From positions 1,952,001 to 2,016,000 of the forward strand of contig CBDCGL010000011.1 in NCBI GenBank assembly GCA_965216755.1: a DNA stretch of 64,000 nt. Direction: 5' to 3'. The first letter of the stretch is position 1. Every line of letters begins with the position of its first letter. The notes under the pieces were generated by a model. That model saw only the letters and a list, made by a program, of their open reading frames with translations. It was not told the origin of the DNA and did not search any database. Source of the DNA: Alphaproteobacteria bacterium (GTDB lineage Bacteria > Pseudomonadota > Alphaproteobacteria > UBA7887). Made by a program: the position numbers and the translations under genes. This document shows positions 29,460 to 39,612 of this stretch, in pieces.

Positions 29460-30968
29460 TTAGCGTTTGGTCTCGTGATGCGACGCCACAAAATGATCGA
29501 GCAGACGGACACCAAACCCGGTTCCTCCTTGGGGAACCACATCGTTTGCTTGTTTTGACCAGGTCACGCCAGCGATGTCGATATGGGCCCATGGTGTGTC
29601 CTCGATGAACCGCTCTATGAACTTGGCCCCCGTGATAGAGCCCGCACCCCGTCCCGAGCCGACATTCTTCATATCGGCGGCCGGACTGTTAATTTGCTTG
29701 TCGTAAGCATCATCCATCGGCAGGCGCCACAAGCGTTCGCCGACCGCGTCGCCGGCGGCTACAAGCCGTTCGCTCAACGAGTCATCGTTGCAGAACAACC
29801 CGGCACGTATGTTGCCCAAGGCAACGATAATCGCACCAGTCAGGGTCGCCAAATCAACGATCAAGGACGGTTTGAATCGTTGCTGCACATACCAAAGTAC
29901 ATCTGCCAACACCAGGCGTCCCTCGGCATCCGTATTGATCACTTCAATTGTCTGACCCGACATCGAGGTTACGATATCGCCGGGTCGTTGCGCGGTGCCG
30001 GAGGGCATGTTCTCGACCAGGCCGACGATACCGACCACATTGACCTTGGCCTTGCGCCGTGCCAGCGCGCGCATCAGGCCGATCACCACACCCGATCCAC
30101 CCATGTCCCATTTCATGTCTTCCATGCCGCCAGATGGCTTGATCGATATGCCACCGGTGTCGAACGTGACGCCCTTGCCAACAAATGCCAGTGGCGCCTT
30201 GTTGCCAGCGCGGCCCGCGCCGTTCCAGCGCATGACCACGACATAGGGGTCGTGGCTACTGCCTTGGGCGACGCCAAGCAGGGCGCCCATGCCCAATTTT
30301 TCCAATCGTGCTCGGTTCAGCACCTCGACCGTCACACCGTCAGATTTCAGCGCTTTGGCCTGATCGGCGAGCGCCGCCGGATACAAGATATTGGCTGGTT
30401 CCGAGACTAAATCGCGCGTCAGGAAAACACCGTCAGCCACCGCCGATAACGGCGCGAATTCGGCGCGCGCTTTGGTCGGATCGGTGACCAAAAGTGTGAG
30501 TTTCGACAGGGTCGGTTTTTCGTCATCGGGCTGCCGCGTACGATATTTGTCGAAACGATAGCTGCGCAACTTGGCGCCCGAGGCGATGTGCGCCGCAGTG
30601 GAATTGACACTGATCGGCGAATCTTTTATCGGATCGACGCAAATGCCGGCCTGCTTGATTTTTTGTCTGGCCAGTTCCGCGCAGATGCGACCGCCGAGCC
30701 GAGTCGCGGCGGCGGCGTCAAACGATTTGGCTTCACCTAATCCGACCAAAACTACACGCTCAGCCTTAATCTCTGCGGGCGCTACAACTGTGAGGACCTC
30801 GCCGAACTTGCCGTCAAACTTGGCGCTCCTGATGGCCCGAGATAGTTGGCCGCCGGTTCGCGTGTCCAAACGTTCGCCGTTGCCGATCAATCTCGCTTTG
30901 CCGCTGACAACCCCCAAGACAACCGCACCGGTCACTGCGACAGAAAATTTGCCGAAGCTGATATTCAT
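29460..30968 (-). CDS. pepA: Leucyl aminopeptidase (M17)
   Basis: VGKGVTFDTGG, MKWDMGG, NTDAEGRL, DLATLTGA, HIDIAG. Confidence 0.96.
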   Translation of the reverse strand: MNISFGKFSVAVTGAVVLGVVSGKARLIGNGERLDTRTGGQLSRAIRSAKFDGKFGEVLTVVAPAEIKAERVVLVGLGEAKSFDAAAATRLGGRICAELARQKIKQAGICVDPIKDSPISVNSTAAHIASGAKLRSYRFDKYRTRQPDDEKPTLSKLTLLVTDPTKARAEFAPLSAVADGVFLTRDLVSEPANILYPAALADQAKALKSDGVTVEVLNRARLEKLGMGALLGVAQGSSHDPYVVVMRWNGAGRAGNKAPLAFVGKGVTFDTGGISIKPSGGMEDMKWDMGGSGVVIGLMRALARRKAKVNVVGIVGLVENMPSGTAQRPGDIVTSMSGQTIEVINTDAEGRLVLADVLWYVQQRFKPSLIVDLATLTGAIIVALGNIRAGLFCNDDSLSERLVAAGDAVGERLWRLPMDDAYDKQINSPAADMKNVGSGRGAGSITGAKFIERFIEDTPWAHIDIAGVTWSKQANDVVPQGGTGFGVRLLDHFVASHHETKR

Positions 30969-31225
30969 GAGTTCCCTTTCAAGCTTCCGACCAATTGGAC
31001 ACGTGCGTCCGTTGCACGTTCGCCAACGCGTGCCCACCTCCAACAGGACCTAAGCCGTTGCCGCGCGATAACGCCGTATGCGGGCTCAATAGCGATCCGC
31101 GAAACCTGGCGACTGTAGCCCAAGTTGCGTATTGGGAACATTTTTGATTAGGTTTCAATTGTTTTCGTCGCCGCGGTCAGACGCGGGATTGGTTAATCGA
31201 TGCTAATCACCCGGCCAATACGTCC

Positions 31226-32344
31226 ATGAAGCAGTTCGTCCGCTATGTCCTCGGTCAGTTGACTGGCCCATTGTTGGTTGTGATCACCAGCTTGACCGGC
31301 ATCGTATGGTTGACGCAATCCTTGCGCCTGATGGATTTGATCATCAACAAGGGCCTGAGCGTCGGCTTGTTCTTCTATTTAACCTTGTTGCTGCTGCCGT
31401 CGCTCTTGGCGGTGATTTTGCCCTTTGCTTTATTTGCCGCCGTTCTCTACGGCTATCATCGCATTGCCGTCGACAGTGAACTGACAGTTTTGCGGGCAAG
31501 CGGCATCTCGAACTTGGGGTTGGCTACGCCCGCATTGCTCTTGAGCGTCGCGGTGATGATCGTCAGTTACATACTGAATCTGTATTTGATGCCCGCAGGC
31601 TATCGCGCCTTCAAAGATTTGCAAACTCAGGTTCGCGACTCATTTGCGACGGTGATGCTGCAAGAAGGCGTGTTTAACACGCCGATCGACGGGCTCACGA
31701 TCTACGTCCGCGAACGCGCGCGCAATGGCGAGTTACACGGCATTCTGGTACACGATAGCCGTGACCCGGCGGAGACGGCGACGCTGATGGCCGAGACTGG
31801 CATGTTGGTCCGCAATGGGGAGCAGCCACGTTTCGTCCTGCAAAACGGCAACCGTCAAACAGTGGCAACGGACAAAGGTCAATTGCAGCTGCTTTATTTC
31901 GATAGCTATACGTTTCAGTTTGCGTCGGGGTCCCCAATCAATCCGAATCGATTTCGCGAGGCAAAGGAACGATACCTGCACGAGCTGTTGTTTCCGAGTG
32001 ATGTCCAAGAAGACCGCCATCGCCGCGAGTTTCTGGTGGAAGCCCACCAACGCTTGATCGGACCCTTCACCGGATTGGTCCTGGTCCTTCTGGCGCTGGC
32101 AACAATGCTGTCTGGTGAATTCAATCGCCGCGGACACGGCAAACGACTTGCAATTGCGGTTGGTTTGGGCGTTGTATTTCAGATGTTTACGTTCGGACTT
32201 GCAAACGTCATCGTAAGAATCCCCGAATTGGTGCCGTCTATGTATGTCAGCTTGGCCGCGGTCGGCTTGTGTGCGCTCTATGTGTTGGTTGAAGATCCTT
32301 TTCGACCACGCTCACTCGCCCCAACGCAACGCCAACAACGCTAG
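31226..32344 (+). CDS. lptF: LPS export permease LptF
   Basis: YjgP/Q-type 6-TM protein, DSELTVLRASG; first of the pair upstream of lptD. Confidence 0.9.
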   Translation: MKQFVRYVLGQLTGPLLVVITSLTGIVWLTQSLRLMDLIINKGLSVGLFFYLTLLLLPSLLAVILPFALFAAVLYGYHRIAVDSELTVLRASGISNLGLATPALLLSVAVMIVSYILNLYLMPAGYRAFKDLQTQVRDSFATVMLQEGVFNTPIDGLTIYVRERARNGELHGILVHDSRDPAETATLMAETGMLVRNGEQPRFVLQNGNRQTVATDKGQLQLLYFDSYTFQFASGSPINPNRFREAKERYLHELLFPSDVQEDRHRREFLVEAHQRLIGPFTGLVLVLLALATMLSGEFNRRGHGKRLAIAVGLGVVFQMFTFGLANVIVRIPELVPSMYVSLAAVGLCALYVLVEDPFRPRSLAPTQRQQR

Positions 32345-32351
32345 GATGTTC

Positions 32352-33446
32352 ATGCGCGCGTCGCTAACACTATCCACATACATTGGCCGCCAATTCATGA
32401 TCGGCATTGGCATAGCGCTGTTCGCCTTGGCCATGTTGATATTGCTTTTCGATGCTGTCGAACTGACCCGACGCGCCGCCGGTCGACCCGATGTCGGTCT
32501 GACAGTCGTCGTCAAAATGGCTCTTGCCCATTTGCCCTATCTGACCCAAAGGGTCATCCCGTATGCTATTTTGGTTGGCGTCATGCTGGCGCTGGCGCGC
32601 CTGACTCGGACACACGAGTTGGTGGTTGTTCGAGCTGCCGGGGTTTCCGTGTGGCAGTTTCTGTTTCCCGGTTTGGCCTTGGCATTCGCGATTGGTCTGT
32701 TCGTGACCACCATCTTCAACCCGATCGCATCGGCTCTATTGGCGCAATTTGAACAACTCGACGCGAAATATCTTCGTGGCCAAGTCACCAATTTGGCCGT
32801 GTCGTCATCGGGTTTGTGGCTTAGACAGTCCAACCCGACAGGCGAATCGGTCATACACGCGTCGCGAATATCCCAACCTGGCCTTGTTCTGCACGACGTG
32901 ATTATTCTGAATTTCGCCAATCGCGACGAATTTGTTGGCCGCATTGATGCCGACCAAGCTGCCCTTCAAAATGGTCGTTGGATGTTGACCAACGCTCTCG
33001 TGACCGGTCCAGAGCGACTCGGTGAGCGCCGCGAGACCCTTTATTTCGAGACCAATCTGACGATTAATCAAATCCAAGACAGTTTTGCGTCGCCCGAAAC
33101 CATGTCCTTTTGGCAACTCCCGGCGTTCATCGCGCTCCTCGAACGCGCTGGATTTTCCTCGCTAAAGCACCGCGTTCATTTATATACCGTGCTGGCCGAA
33201 CCAGCGTTGCACGTCGGTATGGTTCTCATCGCGGCTGCGTTCTCGCTGCGCATGACTCGTCGCGGTGGCGTCGGTTTGCTCATGGCGCTCGGGATCGGCC
33301 TCGGTTTTTTGATATATGTATTTTCCGATGTCGTTTTGGCACTTGGATTGTCAGCCAATCTTCCCGCCCTTCTCGCCGGTGTTGCGCCAGCCGCCTTAAC
33401 CATCGTAACCGGAGCAGCGTTGCTGCTGTACCTTGAGGATAGTTAG
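32352..33446 (+). CDS. lptG: LPS export permease LptG
   Basis: HELVVVRAAGVSVWQF, GLWLRQ, MSFWQLP. Confidence 0.9.
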   Translation: MRASLTLSTYIGRQFMIGIGIALFALAMLILLFDAVELTRRAAGRPDVGLTVVVKMALAHLPYLTQRVIPYAILVGVMLALARLTRTHELVVVRAAGVSVWQFLFPGLALAFAIGLFVTTIFNPIASALLAQFEQLDAKYLRGQVTNLAVSSSGLWLRQSNPTGESVIHASRISQPGLVLHDVIILNFANRDEFVGRIDADQAALQNGRWMLTNALVTGPERLGERRETLYFETNLTINQIQDSFASPETMSFWQLPAFIALLERAGFSSLKHRVHLYTVLAEPALHVGMVLIAAAFSLRMTRRGGVGLLMALGIGLGFLIYVFSDVVLALGLSANLPALLAGVAPAALTIVTGAALLLYLEDS

Positions 33447-33452
33447 TCGCCT

Positions 33453-35660
33453 ATGACGCCAAACCGTCCTTGTGCGTTCGGACGCCTGCCCGACGCGCGG
33501 TTCCAGGTTTGGCCGCCGTTTGTGATCCTGGTCCTGGGATTGCTCACATTCGCGCTGCCAGCCGCGGCGCAACGCCAGACCGCACCCTCTGCCGCGACCC
33601 CAGACGACGTACTGCTGATCGCCGACGAGATCGCCTATGACGAACGCCTTGCGATCGCCACGGCGCGCGGCGATGTCGAGTTAAGCCGGGGCCTGCGCGT
33701 TCTCCGCGCGGACACTATGTCGTACAATCAGCGCGCTGATGTTGTCACGGCTTCAGGCAACGTCGCGCTGCTTGAGGAAACCGGGGATGTCATATTTGCA
33801 GATTATTTCGAGCTGACCGGAGATCTCAAAAGCGGCGCGATCGACCAACTGCGGATACTACTTTCAGACGACTCGCGATTTGCTGCCAGCGGCGGGCGCA
33901 TGACCGCCGATGGACGAACCGATTTGGCGAAAGCGGTCTATAGCCCGTGCAAACTGTGTGAAGACGACCCGACCGCCCCGCCCTTGTGGCAGCTCAAGGC
34001 ATACCGCATCACCCACGACAAAGAATTAAAGATGGTGTTTTACCGTGATGCCTTCCTGGAAGTGTTCGGCATACCGGTCGCCTATTTTCCGTTCTTCAGC
34101 CACCCCGATCCAACGGTCAAGCGCAAAACCGGCTTTCTTCTGCCGACAATCGGGACAGATTCGACGCTCGGACAGCTTTACAAGCAACCGTACTTCTTCA
34201 ACATTTCGGATAGTCAGGACGCCACGATTGCACCGATTATCACGACCAACGAAGGCACCATTCTCACCGGACAATACCGTGAAGCAACCGAAGCCGGCGC
34301 CTATCGGATCGACGGCAGCGTCACCCGCGACGAAAGAGCAATCGATGATCCAAAAACGAGCGAGCGCACACGCGGCCACCTGGAAGCCGAAGGCGAGTTC
34401 CGTTGGGGACCGCACTGGTTATACGGATTTGACGTGGGACGCGCGACCGATGCCACATATCTCGGCCGCTATGGTTTCCAAAGGGGTCGCGACTCGCTGA
34501 CGTCGCGCATCTATCTGGACGGGACTCGTCAACGCACCTTTACGTCTGCCAATGCATATGCGTTCCAAAGCCTCGATCCGGAAGTTGACGAGAGCCAACA
34601 ACCCTATGTCCTGCCGCTTGTCGACTTTAATTATAAGAGCGATCCAGATGCGCGATTCGGATATGTGTCACTCGATACCCAATTGCGCGTGATCGGCCGA
34701 TCTCAGGGCGCCAACAGCCGCTTGCTGTCGCTCACTGGCGGATGGCATTTGCCCGTGGTTGGACCATGGGGGAATTTGTTGGATTTCGGCGTCTCACTTC
34801 GGGGCGACATCTATCACGTAACCAACGTCCCCGACCCGCGCGGCGCGCCCGGTGCCAAATTCGATGGCTTCACAGGGCGCGTTGTTCCCCAAGCCGAGGT
34901 GGTCTGGCGCTATCCGTGGGTGCGGCCCACGTCACGTGGCCACCAAGTCATCGAACCGATTGTACAGGCTATCGTCGGCCCACATGGCGGCAACGATCCG
35001 ACCATCCCGAACGAGGACAGCTTGGCGTTCGAGTTCACCGATACAAACGTGTTTTCCAGCAATCGGTTTACCGGCGTCGACCGCGTCGAAGGCGGCCCGC
35101 GGACCAATTATGGCTTGCGTATTGCCGATGTTGGCGCTGGCGGTGGCAAGATCGAAGCGCTCATTGGTCAAACATATCGCGCCCAGACCGATGACACGTT
35201 CGAGCCCGGAACCGGCCTCAACGAAGATTTCTCGGATTTCGTCGGCCGTGTGACAGTCGCGCCAAACAAGTATCTCGACGCAAGTTACCGGTTTCGCATC
35301 GACAAGGAAAATCTAGCCGTTAGGCGCGGCTCCGTGTCCTTGTCGGCGGGACCCGCGTGGTTCAAAGTGAACGTCAACTATAGCCAACTCAACGACGAAC
35401 CGACCTCGGGCGTGCCGCGCAACTTGGAGCAAGTCAACGTCTCCGGCCTTCTGAAACTTGGTGACAACTGGTCCTTCTCGGCCCGCCACGAGCGCGATTT
35501 GACCTCTGGTGGCGGGAGTCTGTATACCGGATTTGGAATCGCATACGAAAACGAATGCGTGCTTGTGCGAACGCGCTACGATCGCAACTTCACGCGCGAT
35601 TTCGATATCGAAGACAACACGTCGTTTATCATCGAGGTGCAACTTCGCAATCTTGGCTGA
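33453..35660 (+). CDS. lptD: LPS assembly outer-membrane protein LptD
   Basis: OstA-like N-terminus, YSPC…PPLWQL, KRKTGFLLP, PNEDS, NRFTGVDRVEGG, YENEC. Confidence 0.93.
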   Translation: MTPNRPCAFGRLPDARFQVWPPFVILVLGLLTFALPAAAQRQTAPSAATPDDVLLIADEIAYDERLAIATARGDVELSRGLRVLRADTMSYNQRADVVTASGNVALLEETGDVIFADYFELTGDLKSGAIDQLRILLSDDSRFAASGGRMTADGRTDLAKAVYSPCKLCEDDPTAPPLWQLKAYRITHDKELKMVFYRDAFLEVFGIPVAYFPFFSHPDPTVKRKTGFLLPTIGTDSTLGQLYKQPYFFNISDSQDATIAPIITTNEGTILTGQYREATEAGAYRIDGSVTRDERAIDDPKTSERTRGHLEAEGEFRWGPHWLYGFDVGRATDATYLGRYGFQRGRDSLTSRIYLDGTRQRTFTSANAYAFQSLDPEVDESQQPYVLPLVDFNYKSDPDARFGYVSLDTQLRVIGRSQGANSRLLSLTGGWHLPVVGPWGNLLDFGVSLRGDIYHVTNVPDPRGAPGAKFDGFTGRVVPQAEVVWRYPWVRPTSRGHQVIEPIVQAIVGPHGGNDPTIPNEDSLAFEFTDTNVFSSNRFTGVDRVEGGPRTNYGLRIADVGAGGGKIEALIGQTYRAQTDDTFEPGTGLNEDFSDFVGRVTVAPNKYLDASYRFRIDKENLAVRRGSVSLSAGPAWFKVNVNYSQLNDEPTSGVPRNLEQVNVSGLLKLGDNWSFSARHERDLTSGGGSLYTGFGIAYENECVLVRTRYDRNFTRDFDIEDNTSFIIEVQLRNLG

Positions 35661-35782
35661 AGTTACCGCGCTTTTTGTCACACGCTCAGACGAAAGAATG
35701 ATGTGGACCGTTGCGGGCATGCCACGGACTGCATAATTTTGGCGTCGTACTTGCAAATCTGGGCAAATTGGGTCGCATTCGA

Positions 35783-37066
35783 ATGAAACGAAATCAGATA
35801 TTTGCCACCAGGCGCCTGACCACGGTGATTGCATGCTTGGCATCGCTGGCTCTGACAGCACCATCGAACGCGCAAGATCTCGTGCGGATCGCCGCAGTCG
35901 TCAACGACGACGTCATATCCGTCCTAGATATGAACGCGCGCATCAACATGGCACTTGCAACCGCCGGCCTGCAGGGTACGCAGGACATGCGCCGCCAGCT
36001 TGCCGCGCCGGTACTGCGCGCGTTGGTCGACGAGAAGCTTCAGTTGCAGGAGGCAGAAAGGCAAGGCGTCACAATCTCAGAAACCGAGCTGAATGATGCA
36101 CTTGCCGCGGTTGAACGCCAAAACGGGCTTGATGCCGGTGGCTTGGACGCCTATTTGGGCCGCCTTGGCGTTCCCGTTTCAACACTGGTCGAGCAATTGC
36201 GGGCACAACTCTCTTGGTCGAAATTCATCAGCCAACGACTGCGACCGACGGTTATCGTTTCAAACGAAGAGATCGAGGAAGAGTTGGCGCAACTCAAGGC
36301 AAGCGAAGGCAAACCTGAGTATCTGATCTCGGAAATCGATCTTTATGTCGACAACCAGTCCGACGAGGCGGAAGTCCTGAAGACAGCCAATCGCCTGGTC
36401 CAGCAGTTGCGTGAGGGCGGCAATTTCAGAGCCATCGCGCAGCAGTTCAGCCAGGGATCTATGGCGTCACGGGGCGGTGATGTCGGCTGGATCCAAATCG
36501 GACAGCTCCGCGGAGAGATCGATGAGGCCTTACAGAAACTTGATATTGGGGAGTTCGCGGGGCCAATCCGATCGCTCGAAGGTTTTCACATCATCCACCT
36601 TCGCGACCGTCGTCAAGTCGCCGGCGCAAGCGCCAACGACGCACGGGTCAGGTTGGCCCAAGTCTTGCTGCCGCGGCCGCAGCCGGATACACCTGATACG
36701 CTGGCGGTCCAGGTCGAACTTGCACGCACGGTCAGCGAGACAGTCGACGGCTGTCCTGATATGGATCGCGTCGCCGAAGAATTGAGTGCGCCGTCATCAG
36801 GCGATATTGGCTGGCTGCGCGTTGACGATTTGCCCGTTTCGATGCGCACGGAAGTTGCCAACGCGGCGATCGGTAAACCGACCGAACCGATCACCACCGA
36901 CGCCGGTGTTCATGTGTTGATGGTGTGCGAACGCGAAGACTCGGTCGGCATCGACGCCCAGCGCCAGACCATTTATGACAGGCTCGAGACGCAGCGGCTT
37001 GAAGTGATTGCGCGACGTTTGTTGCGTGACTTGCGCCGGGTGGCCTTTGTCGACTTGCGCGTCTAG
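35783..37066 (+). CDS. surA: SurA chaperone / parvulin peptidyl-prolyl isomerase
   Basis: IAAVVNDDVIS, SRGGDVGW, GFHII, LRDLRRVAFVDLR. Confidence 0.9.
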   Translation: MKRNQIFATRRLTTVIACLASLALTAPSNAQDLVRIAAVVNDDVISVLDMNARINMALATAGLQGTQDMRRQLAAPVLRALVDEKLQLQEAERQGVTISETELNDALAAVERQNGLDAGGLDAYLGRLGVPVSTLVEQLRAQLSWSKFISQRLRPTVIVSNEEIEEELAQLKASEGKPEYLISEIDLYVDNQSDEAEVLKTANRLVQQLREGGNFRAIAQQFSQGSMASRGGDVGWIQIGQLRGEIDEALQKLDIGEFAGPIRSLEGFHIIHLRDRRQVAGASANDARVRLAQVLLPRPQPDTPDTLAVQVELARTVSETVDGCPDMDRVAEELSAPSSGDIGWLRVDDLPVSMRTEVANAAIGKPTEPITTDAGVHVLMVCEREDSVGIDAQRQTIYDRLETQRLEVIARRLLRDLRRVAFVDLRV

Positions 37067-37114
37067 AGCCCTTTCGGACAATATGGAGTCGATTCTGTTT
37101 GCGACGCTGGCCGC

Positions 37115-37990
37115 GTGAAGAACGTGCGACGGCACGCATTTACCTGCGACACGCTGCCGCCGTTACGCGACATTATCGCCGAATATGGCATCGATGCACG
37201 CAAGGACCTGGGCCAGCATTTCTTGCTCGACCCCAATCTGACACGTCGCATCGTGCGCGCGGCTGGTGACCTCAACGACGTCACCGTCATCGAGATTGGC
37301 CCGGGCCCAGGCGGCTTGACGCGTGCGTTACTTGAGTCCGACGCCAAAGAGGTGGTCGCGGTTGAGCGCGACCGACGTTGCCTCGACGCCCTGGCCTCGC
37401 TTGTCGAAGCGGCTGATGGCCGGCTCCATTTGATCGAAGGTGACGCCCGTCGAGTCAACATTGTGGCGGCGACAACGGCTCCGCGTTGCATCGTCGCCAA
37501 TCTGCCGTACAACATTGCGACCTTCTTGTTGATTGGCTGGCTGTCGCATGTTGCTGACTTTCGACAGTTCACCATCATGGTGCAGCGCGAGGTCGGCGCG
37601 CGCATCGCGGCGACACCAACGACGCGCCACTACGGACGAATCAGCGTCTTGGCGCAATGGCTGTGCAATGTCTCGTCCTTGTTCGACGTGTCACCCAAAG
37701 CGTTCACACCGCCGCCCAAAGTGACGTCTCAGGTGGTCCGTCTCGTGCCACGGCCGGCGCCGTTGTTTCCGGCCTCGCAATATTGGCTCGAGCGCGTCAC
37801 CAAAGCCGCTTTTGGGCAGCGTCGCAAGATGCTCCGCGCAAGTCTTAAGACCATATGCCCCAAGCCGTCACCGCTGCTTGAAAAGATCGGCATTCGGGAA
37901 ACAGCACGCGCCGAAGAATTGACAATCGCCGATTATTGCAAGTTGGCGCGAAGCTTCGAGGCGCGCGCTTCCAATCCCAATATCAAGTGA
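37115..37990 (+). CDS. rsmA: 16S rRNA dimethyladenosine transferase (KsgA)
   Basis: LGQHFLLD, EIGPGPGGLT, ANLPYNI, FTPPPKV, FGQRRKML. Confidence 0.96.
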   Translation: MKNVRRHAFTCDTLPPLRDIIAEYGIDARKDLGQHFLLDPNLTRRIVRAAGDLNDVTVIEIGPGPGGLTRALLESDAKEVVAVERDRRCLDALASLVEAADGRLHLIEGDARRVNIVAATTAPRCIVANLPYNIATFLLIGWLSHVADFRQFTIMVQREVGARIAATPTTRHYGRISVLAQWLCNVSSLFDVSPKAFTPPPKVTSQVVRLVPRPAPLFPASQYWLERVTKAAFGQRRKMLRASLKTICPKPSPLLEKIGIRETARAEELTIADYCKLARSFEARASNPNIK

Positions 37991-38654
37991 TTTGGCCAGT
38001 AGCCCCGGCGAGCAAGGTCTCGACGAAGCGATTGAGCCCGGTGCGACGATCCCGGCGTAACCGCTCCGCCGCCAAAACAGCCCTCACACTCGCCACCGAT
38101 CGATCGAGGTCGTCATTAACGATGACATAGTCATACTCCGCCCAATGGGTCATCTCGTCGGCCGCTTTGGCCATACGCGCGATGACAACGTCCTCGCTGT
38201 CCTGGGCACGCGCTGTTAGGCGGCGCCGCAGCTCTGCTGTACTCGGCGGAAGAACAAAGACTTTGACAACATCTCCGCGCATTTTTTCAACCACCTGTTG
38301 CGCGCCCTGCCAATCAATGTCGAACAAAATATCTCGGCCGTCTTCAAGGGCGCGTTCCACTGGTCCGCGCGGCGTGCCATAGGCGTTGTCAAACACCTTT
38401 GCGTGCTCCAAGAACGCGTCGTTTTGCACCATGGCATCGAAAGCTGGCTTGTCGACGAAGATATAATCCTTGCCGTCCACCTCCCCTGGGCGCTTTGGCC
38501 GGGTCGTAACCGAAACTGACATCCAGAGCCCATCGTCGTCATCCAGCAATGCGCGCGAAATGCTCGTCTTCCCCGCCCCCGATGGTGACGACAGAACCAA
38601 CATCAAGCCGCGTCGTTGATCATATCCGGCGTCAACTTTCGCTTTGCGTGTCAC
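37983..38654 (-). CDS. gmk: Guanylate kinase
   Basis: SSPSGAGKT, TTRPKRPGEVDGKDY, DIDWQG. Confidence 0.97.
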   Translation of the reverse strand: MTRKAKVDAGYDQRRGLMLVLSSPSGAGKTSISRALLDDDDGLWMSVSVTTRPKRPGEVDGKDYIFVDKPAFDAMVQNDAFLEHAKVFDNAYGTPRGPVERALEDGRDILFDIDWQGAQQVVEKMRGDVVKVFVLPPSTAELRRRLTARAQDSEDVVIARMAKAADEMTHWAEYDYVIVNDDLDRSVASVRAVLAAERLRRDRRTGLNRFVETLLAGATGQIT

Positions 38655-38681
38655 CCGACCGTGTCTCCCTGGGGCTCACAA

Positions 38682-39593
38682 TCATTCAATATTTTGAATT
38701 TGCTCGCGCAATTGTTCCACTGAGGCCTTCAAAGACAGCCCAATCCGCGTCAACGCAACATCAGCCGCCTTTGAACACAAGGTATTCGCCTCGCGGTTCA
38801 GCTCTTGGCACAAAAAATCGCAGCGGCGGCCGATTGCACCCCCATCCCGGAGGAGTTCCCGGGCGCCCGCGATATGTGCGCGTAACCGATCAAGTTCCTC
38901 GCGCACGTCGGCTTTGGATGCCAGCAGAGCCGCTTCTTGGGCAAGCCTATCTTCTGGCAAGGCGGGTGACGCCTGCAGCAGTTCCTCGACCTGCCGTTTC
39001 AGTCTCTGGCGCAGAGCCGCCGGCTGCACGGACGCCACGTTGACGGCTTTCTCCACCAATGCCTCGATTTCGCCGAGTAGTGTGTCGACCAGCGCGGCTA
39101 CGCGCGCGCCTTCGCCGCGACGTGCGGCGGCCAAGTTGTCCAATGCGGTGTCCAGCGCGCGCCGCATGGCGACTTCGCGAGCCTCTAGGTCGGCCTCGGA
39201 CTCCTCGAAATCGCCAAGCATGCCAGGCAATGTCAAAAGCCCATCCAGACGCGGCGCGTCGACCACGCCATCTGCGGCCAGGCGCTTGGCCAGGACCAAG
39301 ACCTGACCGAGCATCGCTTGATTGACCTGCAAACCGTCGCCGGCCGCCGCACGCTTACCGTGCAACGCGATCGTCACATGGCCACGGCGAAAACGGCTTG
39401 TGACCGCTTCGCGCGCCGCCGCTTCGATCCATTCATAGCCACTCGGAAAGCGACAGCGCGTGTCAAGATTGCGTCCATTGACACTCTTGACTTCCCAAAT
39501 CCAATCATACGCACCGATTTGGATCTGGTGACGCGCGAAGCCTGTCATGCTATTGACTGTCACAGCTACGCTCTCCGCTGATGCCCGCGACAT
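38682..39593 (-). CDS. yicC: YicC/YloC family endoribonuclease
   Basis: SMTGFA, KSVNGRNLD, EELDRL, QELNREANTLCSK, EQLREQIQNIE. Confidence 0.93.
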   Translation of the reverse strand: MSRASAESVAVTVNSMTGFARHQIQIGAYDWIWEVKSVNGRNLDTRCRFPSGYEWIEAAAREAVTSRFRRGHVTIALHGKRAAAGDGLQVNQAMLGQVLVLAKRLAADGVVDAPRLDGLLTLPGMLGDFEESEADLEAREVAMRRALDTALDNLAAARRGEGARVAALVDTLLGEIEALVEKAVNVASVQPAALRQRLKRQVEELLQASPALPEDRLAQEAALLASKADVREELDRLRAHIAGARELLRDGGAIGRRCDFLCQELNREANTLCSKAADVALTRIGLSLKASVEQLREQIQNIE

Positions 39594-39612
39594 GTTCCGT
39601 CATAGGCCATGA

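Noticed and set aside
31190-31210. CtrA box upstream of lptF
   Set aside because: TTAA-N6-CTAA has the wrong spacing and a mismatch.
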